From positions 192,246 to 256,245 of the forward strand of contig JBBDRK010000049.1 in the NCBI GenBank assembly GCA_040905465.1: DNA of 64,000 bases, in the 5' to 3' direction. Below, in pieces: positions 39,739 through 49,757 of this stretch (position 1 is its first letter; each line of letters starts with the position of its first letter). A program made the position numbers and the translations under genes. Under the pieces are notes generated by a model. It had not been told where the DNA came from, did no database searches, and worked only from the letters and a program-made list of their open reading frames with translations. This stretch comes from Trueperaceae bacterium. Lineage in GTDB: Bacteria; Deinococcota; Deinococci; Deinococcales; Trueperaceae.

Positions 39739-42566
39739 GCCGCCACAACGTGACCGTCGTTCCTCACACCCACTGGGACCGCGAGTGGTACCAGCCGTTC
39801 TCGGTATTCCAGGCACGCCTGATAGAGACGGTCGACCAGGTGCTCGACCTTCTCGACGACGATCCGAGCTTCACCCACTTCATGCTCGACGGGCAGGCGG
39901 TGGTGCTGGACGACTACCTCGCCATACGTCCGGAAGCGGAGGAACGCATACGGGCGTTCGTGGCCAACGGCCGACTGGCGATAGGCCCCTGGTACACCCT
40001 GGCCGACGAGTTCCTCGCCAGTCCCGAGGCCCTGGTGCGGAACCTGCAGATGGGGGTATCCGTCTGCCGCCGCTTCGGCGAACCGATGCCGGTGGTCTAC
40101 ACCCCCGACTCGTTCGGCCATATCTCCCAACTCCCGCTCCTCGCCCATGGCTTCGGATTCGACAGTCTGGTGTTCGAACGAGGTGTCGGCGACGAGGGCG
40201 AGGAGATAGGCGGCGAGTTCAGGTGGCGGACCGCCGACGGCAAGAGTTCGGTGCTGGCTGTACATCTGCTCACGACCTACTCGAGCGGGGCCGGGATCGG
40301 CTACCGCGACTGGAGCAGCTACGAGGGATTCGATGCCGACCGGGCGTCCGCTCACGCCGACAAGGCGCTATACGGCAGCACCGAACAGATCGGCATGGAG
40401 GCCTGGCTGGACGAGTCGCTCGACCGGATTCCGGGCGGAAGCAGCGCCTACGCCAGCGGCAGCAACCTGCTGCTCCTCAACGGCTCGGACCATCTGCCGC
40501 CCCAGACCGACCTGCCCATGGTCATCGACCTCCTCAACGAGCGGATCGAGGGCGCCCACTTCCGCCTGGGGCGGCTGCGCGAGTTCATAGACGGGGTGCT
40601 GGCCGAGGACGGCGATCTGCGCGAACACCGGGGGGAGTTCCGCGGCAGCCGCTACCACCACGTCCTGAGCGGCGTATTTTCCGCCCGCCTCTATTTGAAG
40701 CAGGCGAACCATGCGGCGCAGCAGAGTCTCGAGCGCTATGCCGAGCCGCTCTCGGTCCTGGCCTACCGAGCCGGCGCCCCCTACCCCGACGCCGTTCTGG
40801 CGAACGCCTGGCGCGACCTCCTGCTCAACCATTGCCACGACTCGATCTGCGGCTGCTCGATCGACGCGGTTCACGACGAGATGATGCCCCGCTTCGCCGG
40901 CACCCTGGCCAGCACCCGTTATCTCGGGCGCAAGGCGCTCGCTCACCTGAGCGGCGGAAGATGGTCGGTCGCACCCGACCCACTGATCGAAGGCCGGCTC
41001 AGCCCGCCGCGAGTCCACGGCAAGATCGCCGACCGGCCGGGCAACCTCACGGTTTTCAACCCCCAGCCGCGGCGTTGGCGCGGCGTTCTCGAGGCACTAT
41101 TGCCCGTCCCAGAGGGTTTTCATCCGGTCGCCCTCAGCGACTCTGCCGGCAACGTGGTGAGCGCAGAAGTCGAGCGGCTCGAGGCGGACGTACCGGGCGA
41201 CGTCCGTTACCGCGAAACCCAGGCGCGCGTGCGCTGGCTGGCCGAGCTGGAACCGTTGTCGGTAACCTCCTTCCGGCTTGCCGAAACGTCTGCTGCGCAA
41301 ATCAGCCGCACGGCGACCCCCGCGGCTGCCGGAGCCGCCGGCAGTGCGGCATCCGATTCAACCGATGGGACCGCCGAAGGCGCCGCCTCGCCTGGACAAA
41401 GGCCAGTCCTGGCTTCAACCGATCGCGGGCATTCCCTCGAGAACGAACACCTGCTGCTGGAGACCACGGAAACCGGGCTCCTCCTCAGCCACAAGCGGAG
41501 CGGACGGCGCGTGCGCGCCCGCCTGTCGCTGGTGGACGCCGGAGACGCCGGAGACGAATACGACTTCTCGCCGGTGAACGGCGAGCAACCGCCTACGCTC
41601 GCGTTCGACCTCGGCACCGCGGCGACAACCGGTCGGGGCAGCAACCTGGAAGCGGGTCTCCGGCTCTCTGGCGAAATGCCGGTGCCGGCACGGCTAAGCG
41701 ACGACCGGCAACGCCGGGAGGGCGAAGTCCGCATGCCGTTCGAGCTGACAGTGAGGCTCGCGGCCGGCGATCCGTTCGTCCGGCTCGACCTGCGCCTGGA
41801 GAACCGGGCGCGCGATCACCGACTGAGACTTCGGGTGGACAGCGACGTGGCGAGCGAGACAGTCGCCGTGGAGGGGCACTTCGACGTGCTCGAGCGGCCC
41901 GTCTCCCTGCCGGCGACGAACGGCTGGTTCCAGAAACCGAGCGGCGGGAATCACCAGCGGCGCTTCCTCGCCGCCTCTGACGGAGTTCGCGGCCTGGCCG
42001 TGTTCAACGCCGGGCTCCCCGAGTACGCCGTCGAGCCGACCAACGAAGGAGTTGGCCTTGCCGTGACCCTGCTGCGCAGCGTGGGCTGGCTCTCCAGAAG
42101 CGACCTCGCCTCCCGCCCGCAAGGCGCCGGTCCGGCCCTGCCGACGCCCGGTGCCCAGTGCCTCGGCGAGCACCGCTTCGAGCTTGCCCTGATGCCGTTC
42201 GCCGGCGAGTGGGACGCAGCCGGAGTACCGGCCGCTGCCGACCGCTTCACCACCCCGCCAATGTTCGACGCCACTTCGGGCACCGGGAACGGAGCAGGAC
42301 TCCTCGAGCTTCCCGAGGGCCTGCTGCTGTCGGCTCTGAAGAAGGCGGCGGAAGGCAACGAGCTGATCCTCCGCTTCTGGAATCCGGGCCGGCGCGCAGT
42401 AGCAGGGAGTCTGCGCCTGAAGCGCCAGCCGGAGACCGTACGGCTGGTCGATCTGAGTGAATCACCCCAGCGGGAACTGACGCCGCAGGCGGAAGTCCCG
42501 CTTTCCGTAGATCCCAAAGAGGTCGTCTCGATGGCCATTCGTTTCGGGGGTGAGGCCATGGGTTGA
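39735..42566 (+). CDS. GH38 alpha-mannosidase (MngB-like)
   Basis: HTHWDREWY, LDGQ, GPWY, DSFGH nucleophile, HDSICGCS, DAGDEY, TLLRS. Confidence 0.92.
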   Translation: MSRHNVTVVPHTHWDREWYQPFSVFQARLIETVDQVLDLLDDDPSFTHFMLDGQAVVLDDYLAIRPEAEERIRAFVANGRLAIGPWYTLADEFLASPEALVRNLQMGVSVCRRFGEPMPVVYTPDSFGHISQLPLLAHGFGFDSLVFERGVGDEGEEIGGEFRWRTADGKSSVLAVHLLTTYSSGAGIGYRDWSSYEGFDADRASAHADKALYGSTEQIGMEAWLDESLDRIPGGSSAYASGSNLLLLNGSDHLPPQTDLPMVIDLLNERIEGAHFRLGRLREFIDGVLAEDGDLREHRGEFRGSRYHHVLSGVFSARLYLKQANHAAQQSLERYAEPLSVLAYRAGAPYPDAVLANAWRDLLLNHCHDSICGCSIDAVHDEMMPRFAGTLASTRYLGRKALAHLSGGRWSVAPDPLIEGRLSPPRVHGKIADRPGNLTVFNPQPRRWRGVLEALLPVPEGFHPVALSDSAGNVVSAEVERLEADVPGDVRYRETQARVRWLAELEPLSVTSFRLAETSAAQISRTATPAAAGAAGSAASDSTDGTAEGAASPGQRPVLASTDRGHSLENEHLLLETTETGLLLSHKRSGRRVRARLSLVDAGDAGDEYDFSPVNGEQPPTLAFDLGTAATTGRGSNLEAGLRLSGEMPVPARLSDDRQRREGEVRMPFELTVRLAAGDPFVRLDLRLENRARDHRLRLRVDSDVASETVAVEGHFDVLERPVSLPATNGWFQKPSGGNHQRRFLAASDGVRGLAVFNAGLPEYAVEPTNEGVGLAVTLLRSVGWLSRSDLASRPQGAGPALPTPGAQCLGEHRFELALMPFAGEWDAAGVPAAADRFTTPPMFDATSGTGNGAGLLELPEGLLLSALKKAAEGNELILRFWNPGRRAVAGSLRLKRQPETVRLVDLSESPQRELTPQAEVPLSVDPKEVVSMAIRFGGEAMG

Positions 42567-42620
42567 GGTAGACGCTGTGGACTTGGCTACTGGATTCCGA
42601 TCTAACAGGAGGAGGAAGTC

Positions 42621-43973
42621 ATGAAACGAGGAATATTCGCTCTCACCACCGCGCTGGCGGTCCTTGCGCTGGCTGGCGCCGGGTTCGGCCAGACCGTGAC
42701 CATCACCTGCCGCTGCGTTGCGGACGGGGTAAACAGTCAGATGGTCCAATGGATCCGCGACTATGTCATCCCCGAGTTCGAAGCGGCCAAGGGCGGCGAC
42801 GTCAGCGTCGAACTCACGGAGTTCGGTGGCACCGACGAGGCCATGAAGGAACAGTACGCTCTCGACCTTTCGGTAGGCGGCGGAGCCGACGTGCTGGCAT
42901 TCGACGGCTTCTGGGTGCCGGAGTTCGTGGCGGCCGGGCTGCTCGAGCCACTCTCTGCGGTCGGTGGCCAGCAGGCCGAAGACTGGGAGGGCTGGGGCCA
43001 TATTCCCGATGGCCTCGAGGAGCTGCTCTCCTACGAAGGTGAACGCTACGGCATAGCCCTTGGCACCGATTACAGGATGTTCTTCTACCGCAAGGACATG
43101 CTCGAGCAGGCCGGCGTCGAGAACGCCGACGACTGGCAACCGCAGTCCTGGGAAGATGTACTCGACGCCGCCCGCAAGGTGAAGCAGACCAACAACAACG
43201 CTTCGCCGCTGCAGATCAACGCCGGCACCGCGATGGGTGAGGCGACCACCATGCAGGGCTACTTCCCGATGCTGCTGGGCACCGGCCACTTCCTGCAGGA
43301 CGATCAGGGACGCTGGATCGTCCGCTCCCAAGGGATCCTCGACACGCTCGAACTCTACAAGACGATCTATGTCGACGAGCAGCTCGGCGACTCGCGCCTG
43401 CAGCTCACCCAGGATGGCCGCAACCGCACCTTCGCCAACTTCCGCGACGGCAACACCGCCATACTGCTCGAGGGCGACTACTTCTACCGTGGCCCGACTG
43501 CTCCCGACGCGGAGTTCGAAGTGGCCAATCGCGACGAAGTGATGGGCTGGGCGGCGATCCCCGCGATGGAGCCCGGTGCCGGCTTCCGCGGCCAGGACTT
43601 CGTCACCATCTCGGGCGGCACCGGATTCGTGGTGAACCCCAAGAGCGCCAACCGTGAGCTGGCCTGGGAGCTTCTGGCCTTCATGAACTCGCAGGAGTCC
43701 TTGGCTGTCGCGCAGGAGACTCAGCCGCGCATTCGGGTCCGTGACGACGTACCGGTACCCGACAACGCATTCCTCACCAATACCGCTGCGGAGCTCGGGC
43801 CGTTCACAACTGCCCGGCCCAACGACCCCGACTACCCGCAGATCTCCTACGAGGCCCAACTCATGACCGAGCGAGTGGTTTCGGGCGAGATGACTCCCGA
43901 GGAAGCGATGGAAGCTTACGCCCGTGCGGTTACCGACATCGTCGGCGCCGACAACGTGGTCGACCTGAACTGA
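42621..43973 (+). CDS. Carbohydrate ABC substrate-binding protein
   Basis: AGGAGGAGG RBS, signal peptide, FYRKDMLEQAG, SGG. Confidence 0.9.
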   Translation: MKRGIFALTTALAVLALAGAGFGQTVTITCRCVADGVNSQMVQWIRDYVIPEFEAAKGGDVSVELTEFGGTDEAMKEQYALDLSVGGGADVLAFDGFWVPEFVAAGLLEPLSAVGGQQAEDWEGWGHIPDGLEELLSYEGERYGIALGTDYRMFFYRKDMLEQAGVENADDWQPQSWEDVLDAARKVKQTNNNASPLQINAGTAMGEATTMQGYFPMLLGTGHFLQDDQGRWIVRSQGILDTLELYKTIYVDEQLGDSRLQLTQDGRNRTFANFRDGNTAILLEGDYFYRGPTAPDAEFEVANRDEVMGWAAIPAMEPGAGFRGQDFVTISGGTGFVVNPKSANRELAWELLAFMNSQESLAVAQETQPRIRVRDDVPVPDNAFLTNTAAELGPFTTARPNDPDYPQISYEAQLMTERVVSGEMTPEEAMEAYARAVTDIVGADNVVDLN

Positions 43974-43990
43974 ACTGCACGCATTCGACT

Positions 43991-44017
43991 GCACGGGGCC
44001 GCTGGGCGGCCCCGTGC
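43991..44017 (+). terminator. Intercistronic hairpin after SBP gene
   Basis: Perfect 12-bp stem gcacggggccgc-tgg-gcggccccgtgc. Confidence 0.65.
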
Positions 44018-44082
44018 CCCACTCCGTCTCCCAACTCGTTTCCGAACCGCGGCAGCCACGTCGCCGCGTACAGGAGGTCGCC

Positions 44083-44991
44083 TTGCAACAACGCCGTCCC
44101 CTGCTCCCGCTGACCACCGGAACGGTATTCCTGTTGCCCGCGGCGGTCTTCGTATTTTTCTTCATCGTATTGCCGTTTTTCTGGATCGCGGTCGTCTCCT
44201 TCAGCAACCGCACCCTCACCGGCCGTACCGCCCGCGATCCCGACTGGGTGGGACTCCAGAACTATCTTTCGCTCTTCGATCCCAGCTCCTTCATGCAGCG
44301 CGGCGAGTTCGGCCACTCGCTTCTCGTCACTGGACAGTTCGTGCTGTTCTCGGCGCTGCTGGGTCAGGCCGTGCTGGGACTGCTGCTGGCGCTGCTCTTC
44401 TATCGCCGCAAGGGCTGGGTGCGCGAAAGCGTGACCACCCTGGCGATCGTGGCCTGGATAATGCCCGACGTCGTGGTGGCGTTCGCCTGGTTCGCATTCC
44501 TCGATTGGCAGGGCGGTACGCTAAACCAGTTGGCCGCCGTGCTGGGGTTGGTCAAGCTCGACTGGCTCATCGACTATCCGCTGCTGTCGATCGTCATATT
44601 CAACATCTGGCGCGGAACGGCGTTCTCGATGCTGCTGTTCTCCAGCGCGCTGGGCTCGATTCCACCGAGTCATCTGGAGACGGCCGAGGTAGCCGGCGCC
44701 AACTTGTGGCAGAAGCTGCGCGATATCGTGCTGCCGCTGATCAAGACCCATATCGCCACCGACCTGATCCTGATCACGCTGTGGAGCTTCAACACATTCA
44801 CGCCGTTCCTGCTCACCGGCGGCGGGCCCAGCTTCCGCAGCGACCTGGTGTCGATCTTCACCTACCGCACCGCTTTCCGCTTCTTCCGTTTCGGCGAAGG
44901 GGCGGCGGTCGGCATGATCATGATGCTGATCAATCTGGTGTTCGCGCTCGTATACCTGGCGCTGCTGAGGCGCGAGCGGAGGACTACATGA
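44083..44991 (+). CDS. Carbohydrate ABC permease (MalF-like)
   Basis: AGGAGG before TTG 44083, VGLQNY, ETAEVAGA, TGGGP. Confidence 0.9.
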   Translation: MQQRRPLLPLTTGTVFLLPAAVFVFFFIVLPFFWIAVVSFSNRTLTGRTARDPDWVGLQNYLSLFDPSSFMQRGEFGHSLLVTGQFVLFSALLGQAVLGLLLALLFYRRKGWVRESVTTLAIVAWIMPDVVVAFAWFAFLDWQGGTLNQLAAVLGLVKLDWLIDYPLLSIVIFNIWRGTAFSMLLFSSALGSIPPSHLETAEVAGANLWQKLRDIVLPLIKTHIATDLILITLWSFNTFTPFLLTGGGPSFRSDLVSIFTYRTAFRFFRFGEGAAVGMIMMLINLVFALVYLALLRRERRTT

Positions 44992-45073
44992 GCAGACCCG
45001 CCAACCTCGCTGGCAGGTATGCGCGATGGCCCGGGTGTGCCGGCGGGCCGGCCGGCTCGTCCCGGAGAGCGGC

Positions 45074-45901
45074 ATGAGCCTGCGCCAGATATTCGGACGC
45101 GTGCTGTTCTACGCGCTGGCCACGGTGGCGGCGTCGTTTTTCGCCCTGCCGCTACTATGGTTGCTGGGAGCGCCGTTCAACCCACTGGCCGTGCTTTCGG
45201 TGCACATACCCGAGAACCCCAGCCTGCAGAACTTCGAAGCGGTCTTCCGCAACACCTTCGCCATGCGGGCGCTTTTCCAGAACAGCATCATCCAGGGTGT
45301 GGGCGGGATGCTGCTGGTGACGCTAGCCGCGGCGATGGCCGCCTACGCCCTCTCGCGCTCGAGCATCCCGGGAACGACCACCATCACCTACGGCCTGGTG
45401 CTGTTCTCGTCGATAGTCACCGGAACCGCGGCGATGGTGCCGATCTTCCTGCTCGTCTTCCGGCTCGGTCTGATCGACACCCACCTGGGCGTGATCCTGG
45501 TGTTCACCGGCGGACTGCTGCCGGCGGCGATCTTCATCATGAAGGACTTCGTAGACTCGATACCGCGCTCCTACGAGGAGAGTGCGCTGGTGGCTGGCGC
45601 GAGCTCCTGGCGGATATTCAGCGACATCGCCCTGCCGATAATCCGGCCCGGAATGATGGTCGTTGCGGTGTGGGCCTTCGTCAACATCTGGGGCAGCTTC
45701 CTGATCCCCTTCATCCTGCTGCGCAGCTCCACCAAGATGCCCGCCAGCGTTGCGATCTACTCGTTCTACAGCGAGGCCGGGACGCCAATCATCACCCTCA
45801 CCGCGGCCTACTCGCTGCTCTACACGCTGCCGGTGCTCATCCTCTACCTCTTCGTCAACTGGCGCTACGGCTTCCGCTTCTTCGGGGGGATCAAGTCGTG
45901 A
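45074..45901 (+). CDS. Carbohydrate ABC permease (MalG-like)
   Basis: YEESALVAGA, membrane helices, GGIK end. Confidence 0.9.
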   Translation: MSLRQIFGRVLFYALATVAASFFALPLLWLLGAPFNPLAVLSVHIPENPSLQNFEAVFRNTFAMRALFQNSIIQGVGGMLLVTLAAAMAAYALSRSSIPGTTTITYGLVLFSSIVTGTAAMVPIFLLVFRLGLIDTHLGVILVFTGGLLPAAIFIMKDFVDSIPRSYEESALVAGASSWRIFSDIALPIIRPGMMVVAVWAFVNIWGSFLIPFILLRSSTKMPASVAIYSFYSEAGTPIITLTAAYSLLYTLPVLILYLFVNWRYGFRFFGGIKS

Positions 45902-46019
45902 CCGCGGCTTTCGAAACCTTGGGCGGTCGCCCTTGCCCGACTGGACCCACCCGTTGGCCACCAGGACCGGCTGGCGGCAGATCGCCGTCCACTTCGTTAA
46001 TCGGCACTCAGGAGCATGC

Positions 46020-47105
46020 ATGGCAACGGTAACCTTCGAAAACATCAGCAAGCGCTTCGGGAGCTTCACGGCCGTCAACGACGTGAGTTTCGATATCCCC
46101 GAAGGCGCCTTCGTGTGTCTGCTGGGCCCGTCGGGCTGCGGGAAGACCACCACCCTGCGGATGATCGCCGGCCTCGAGAACCCCAGCTCCGGCACCATCC
46201 GCATCGGCGGCCGCGACGTAACTCGCGAAGCGCCGCGCCAGCGCGACGTAGGGATGGTGTTCCAGGACTACGCCCTCTACCCGCACATGACCCTGAGCGA
46301 GAACATCTCCTACCCTCTCAAGGTGCGCGGCCAGGACAAGCGTTCGCGCTCGGACCGAGCTGCCGAGGTAGCACAGAGGCTGCAGATCGGGCACCTGCTG
46401 GAACGCCGGCCCGCGGAGATCAGCGGTGGCCAGCAGCAGCGCAGCAGCGTGGCCCGAGCCCTGGTGCACACGCCTCAGGTGTTCCTGTTCGACGAACCGC
46501 TGTCGAACCTCGACGCCAAGCTGCGGCTCGAGGCGCGCAGCTTCATCAAGCACCTCCAGAAGGAGGTGGGGGTAACCGCTATCTACGTGACCCACGATCA
46601 GTCCGAAGCGATGGCGCTGGCCGACACCATCGCCGTAATGGACAAGGGAAAGATCGTGCAGTTGGGGCCGCCGCTGGAGGTTTACCACCGGCCGGCCACC
46701 ACCTTCGTGGCCAATTTTCTTGGCAGCCCGCCGATGAACCTGCTGCCGGTACGAGTGGAGCGGGAGGCGGACGGCGCGACGATGCTGGTAGGCCAGGGTT
46801 TCCGGATGCCGTCCGGCAACGGGCTCGCTGACGGCCTCGAAACCGGCCTGGCGGTGCAGATGGGAGTGCGGCCCGAGCACCTGCGGATCGCCAGCGCGGA
46901 GGAACGGCACGCCATCCCGGGGTCGCTCTACGCCGTCGAACCGCTCGGACCGGAGTCGCTGGTGACGGTGTTGATCGGCGAGGCGCTGGTCACCGCCCGC
47001 ATCTTCGGCGACGAGCAGCCCGAACTTCCGGTGGACCTGGCTCTCATCGCCGATCCCCAGCGGTTGCACCTGTTCGGGGAGGACGGCGCGCGGCTCGCCG
47101 GGTGA
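46020..47105 (+). CDS. Carbohydrate ABC ATPase (MalK/MsmK-like)
   Basis: GPSGCGKT, ISGGQQQR, DEPLSNLDAKLR, GSPPMN. Confidence 0.93.
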   Translation: MATVTFENISKRFGSFTAVNDVSFDIPEGAFVCLLGPSGCGKTTTLRMIAGLENPSSGTIRIGGRDVTREAPRQRDVGMVFQDYALYPHMTLSENISYPLKVRGQDKRSRSDRAAEVAQRLQIGHLLERRPAEISGGQQQRSSVARALVHTPQVFLFDEPLSNLDAKLRLEARSFIKHLQKEVGVTAIYVTHDQSEAMALADTIAVMDKGKIVQLGPPLEVYHRPATTFVANFLGSPPMNLLPVRVEREADGATMLVGQGFRMPSGNGLADGLETGLAVQMGVRPEHLRIASAEERHAIPGSLYAVEPLGPESLVTVLIGEALVTARIFGDEQPELPVDLALIADPQRLHLFGEDGARLAG

Positions 47106-48526
47106 AAGAGCTCGTGCACGAGGGGCTGGTGATGCCAGCCGACGCGGCGGCAAGCCCCTACCTCTACCTGCCGGTCGAGGTTTTCGAAGGCATCACTCGC
47201 ATCGACGTGCGACTCGAGCACGATCCCGGGAGCGTCATCGACCTGGGACTCCTCGACCCGAGGGCTACCGGTTTCCCGTCCCGGTCCGGATTCCGCGGTT
47301 GGAGCGGAGGAGCCCGCGACCGCATTTTCGTTGCCAGCGACGACGCCACTCCCGGCTACATCCCGGGCCCGATACCGGCGGGCACCTGGCACGTGGTACT
47401 CGGGCTCTACCGAATCAGACCGGAGGGATGCCGCTACCGGGTGGAGGCGGTACTCGACGACTCCCCACGGCAGACGATCCCGCCGGCGCCGGCGCAGCCG
47501 TCGTTCCCGGTCGCGCCCGGATGGTACCCCGGGGACCTGCAGAGCCACACCTGGCACAGCGACGCCAAGGGTAGCCTCGAAGACCTGGTCGCAGCGGCGC
47601 GCAGCCGGGGACTGAGGTTCCTCGCCGTGACCGACCACAACACCATCAGCCACCATCGCTACCTGGCGTCTGCCAGCTCAGCGGAGTTGTTCCTGCTGCC
47701 GGGCGAGGAGGTGACCACCGATCGCGGGCATGCCAACGTCTGGGGCGGGCGCGACTGGGTGGACTTCCGCATCACCGAAGACGACCAGGTGAACACGGTC
47801 GTGCAGCGAGCACACGAGCTGGGCGGCCTGATTTCGATAAACCATCCCAAACCGGGCGGGCCCGACTGGCGTTACCCGGTGCCGGCAGGGGTAGATTGCG
47901 TCGAGGCGTGGCAGGCGCCGTGGCCCGCCGGCAACGAAACCTCGCTCGAGTTCTACGACCGCATGCTGGGCTCCGGTGCACGCCCGGTACTCGTCGGCGG
48001 AAGCGACCGGCACCAGCCCGGCTGGCCCGACACCGACCCGCCCTACCTGCAGGTGGGCTCACCGACGACCTGGTTGTGGCTGGAGGAGCTGTCGGTGCCG
48101 GCATGCCTGGCGGCGCTCAAGAGCGGACGGGTCTTCGTGAGCGAGAGCCCCGAAGGGCCGCGGCTCGAGCTCTGGCTCGAGGGGGTGGCGATGGGCGGAA
48201 CGTTGCAAGTTGACGGTGCGTTTCCTGAGGGGGCGTTTGCTGATAGGGCAGCGCCAGGAGCGGAAGCTGCTGGGCCGGCCGGCGGGAATGTTGCCGCGAC
48301 GGCATCGCTGCGCATCGAGTCGCACGAGCCGGTGCTGCTGCGACTGATGGGTAGATCCGGCGAGCTGGTGCGGCGGCGGCTTCCCGCCGGCAAGCAGTCG
48401 GTGGAGCTCGAGCTGCCCTTGGCCGAAGCCGGGCCGTTCATGCGGGCCGAACTGTGGGACGCCGAGGAGAACCGGGTGGTGGCGCTATCCAACCCGGTCT
48501 TCATCCAGCCGCAGCCAGCGCGATAG
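47102..48526 (+). CDS. PHP-domain metallohydrolase (CehA/McbA-like)
   Basis: GDLQSHTWHSD, TDHNT, GHAN, NHP, GGSDRH, SNPV. Confidence 0.83.
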   Translation: MKELVHEGLVMPADAAASPYLYLPVEVFEGITRIDVRLEHDPGSVIDLGLLDPRATGFPSRSGFRGWSGGARDRIFVASDDATPGYIPGPIPAGTWHVVLGLYRIRPEGCRYRVEAVLDDSPRQTIPPAPAQPSFPVAPGWYPGDLQSHTWHSDAKGSLEDLVAAARSRGLRFLAVTDHNTISHHRYLASASSAELFLLPGEEVTTDRGHANVWGGRDWVDFRITEDDQVNTVVQRAHELGGLISINHPKPGGPDWRYPVPAGVDCVEAWQAPWPAGNETSLEFYDRMLGSGARPVLVGGSDRHQPGWPDTDPPYLQVGSPTTWLWLEELSVPACLAALKSGRVFVSESPEGPRLELWLEGVAMGGTLQVDGAFPEGAFADRAAPGAEAAGPAGGNVAATASLRIESHEPVLLRLMGRSGELVRRRLPAGKQSVELELPLAEAGPFMRAELWDAEENRVVALSNPVFIQPQPAR

Positions 48527-48553
48527 ACTAAGTGGACTAACCGGGGTCGAATC

Positions 48554-48955
48554 GTGGCCAAATTCATAAACGTGCATGACGCCAAGACGCACCTGTCTCG
48601 CATTTTGGATCGGGTCAAGAATGGCGAGGAAATAATTCTGGGCAAGGCGGGGAAACCTTATGCCCGACTTGTTCCGCTCGAAGAGCGCCAGCGCGTGGGA
48701 GCTGGGAATCAAACACCGGCTGGGCAGGCTCGAGGGCGCGGAGTCCGTCCTGGAGGATTTCTCCGGCAACGTGAAACGACTCGGCGCCGGAGCGCTCGAC
48801 ATTACGGCAGAACATGCGTTTGCCGCATCCGCGTTACCACTTCATCACCGCGACCCGTTCAACCGAATGCTTATTGCCCCAGCGCGTGCCGAGAAGCGAC
48901 GTTGATCAGTAGTGACGAGAGGTTCGACCAGTACGAGGTGACGTTGCTTTGGTGA
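48554..48955 (+). pseudogene. Collapsed vapBC toxin-antitoxin locus (Phd/YefM antitoxin N-terminus joined to a truncated, frameshifted PIN toxin)
   Basis: INVHDAKTHLSRILDRV..GEEI..GKPYARLVP, then in another frame SASAWELGIK...HHRDPFNRMLIA, then the tail LISSDERFDQYEVTLLW back in the first frame. Confidence 0.82.
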
Positions 48956-49160
48956 ACGGCCCCTGTGCGCGCGGTAGTCGGGCCGGCGACTGGCTCCTGA
49001 ATGCGCCGCTCTTTTTCGGACTGCGAATCGGGGTGCGATTTTGGCCGCCGTGCCGGCGGCGGTGTTAGCAGCGTTACCGGCTGACCGGGCGGTCCGCCAG
49101 ACAAGGCCGACAATGAAGAAGCTCATCCCTGGCGGCCGCTCTCCGTCCTAGGCTCGACCA

Positions 49161-49631
49161 ATGAACGAGCCGTTTATTTCCCGCCTGACCGGTACCATTC
49201 GCGCCGTTCTCTGCGGCCTCGCGCTGAGCCTGGCCTCGGCCGCATCTGCTCAACTGCTGATCGAGGTCTCGGTCGTCGCAGCCGCGTCCGCTCAACTCAA
49301 CCCGGCGATCCAGCTTCCGGCGGGCAGCTACCGTGTAACCGGCAACGTGCCTCCCGGCCTGCTCAGAAAGATCGACGGGGGTTCCGGCTTCCGGGACTGG
49401 GAGGCGTACTCCGCGCGGGGCCTGGCGGCCCGCCTGTTCCCGGCCCACCTGCACCAACTCACCAACTCGTTTGCGATGGCCGGTTACTTCGAACAGAGCC
49501 GCAACGAACGCAAGAAGGGCAAGGAGAAGCACGTCAGCCGGGTGTTCGTCGGCGACGATGGCAGCCGCACGCTGCTTTACGTGATCGAGACCCCGGACGA
49601 GCTGGTCTGGTTGATCGCCAGGGGCGACTGA
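49161..49631 (+). CDS. Hypothetical exported protein
   Basis: Signal peptide ending ASA, GC-biased codons, TAGGCT 6 nt before the ATG. Confidence 0.65.
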   Translation: MNEPFISRLTGTIRAVLCGLALSLASAASAQLLIEVSVVAAASAQLNPAIQLPAGSYRVTGNVPPGLLRKIDGGSGFRDWEAYSARGLAARLFPAHLHQLTNSFAMAGYFEQSRNERKKGKEKHVSRVFVGDDGSRTLLYVIETPDELVWLIARGD

Positions 49632-49757
49632 GACTGGCGCTCGAGACGGCGGCGCCAACCCCTCTTAGCCGCTCCACCAGCACCACCCGATTGACCTCCG
49701 AGTAGTTGATCGTGGCGTAAGTTCCCGCCGGCCCCCGCCCGGAAGTACAATCTCGTA

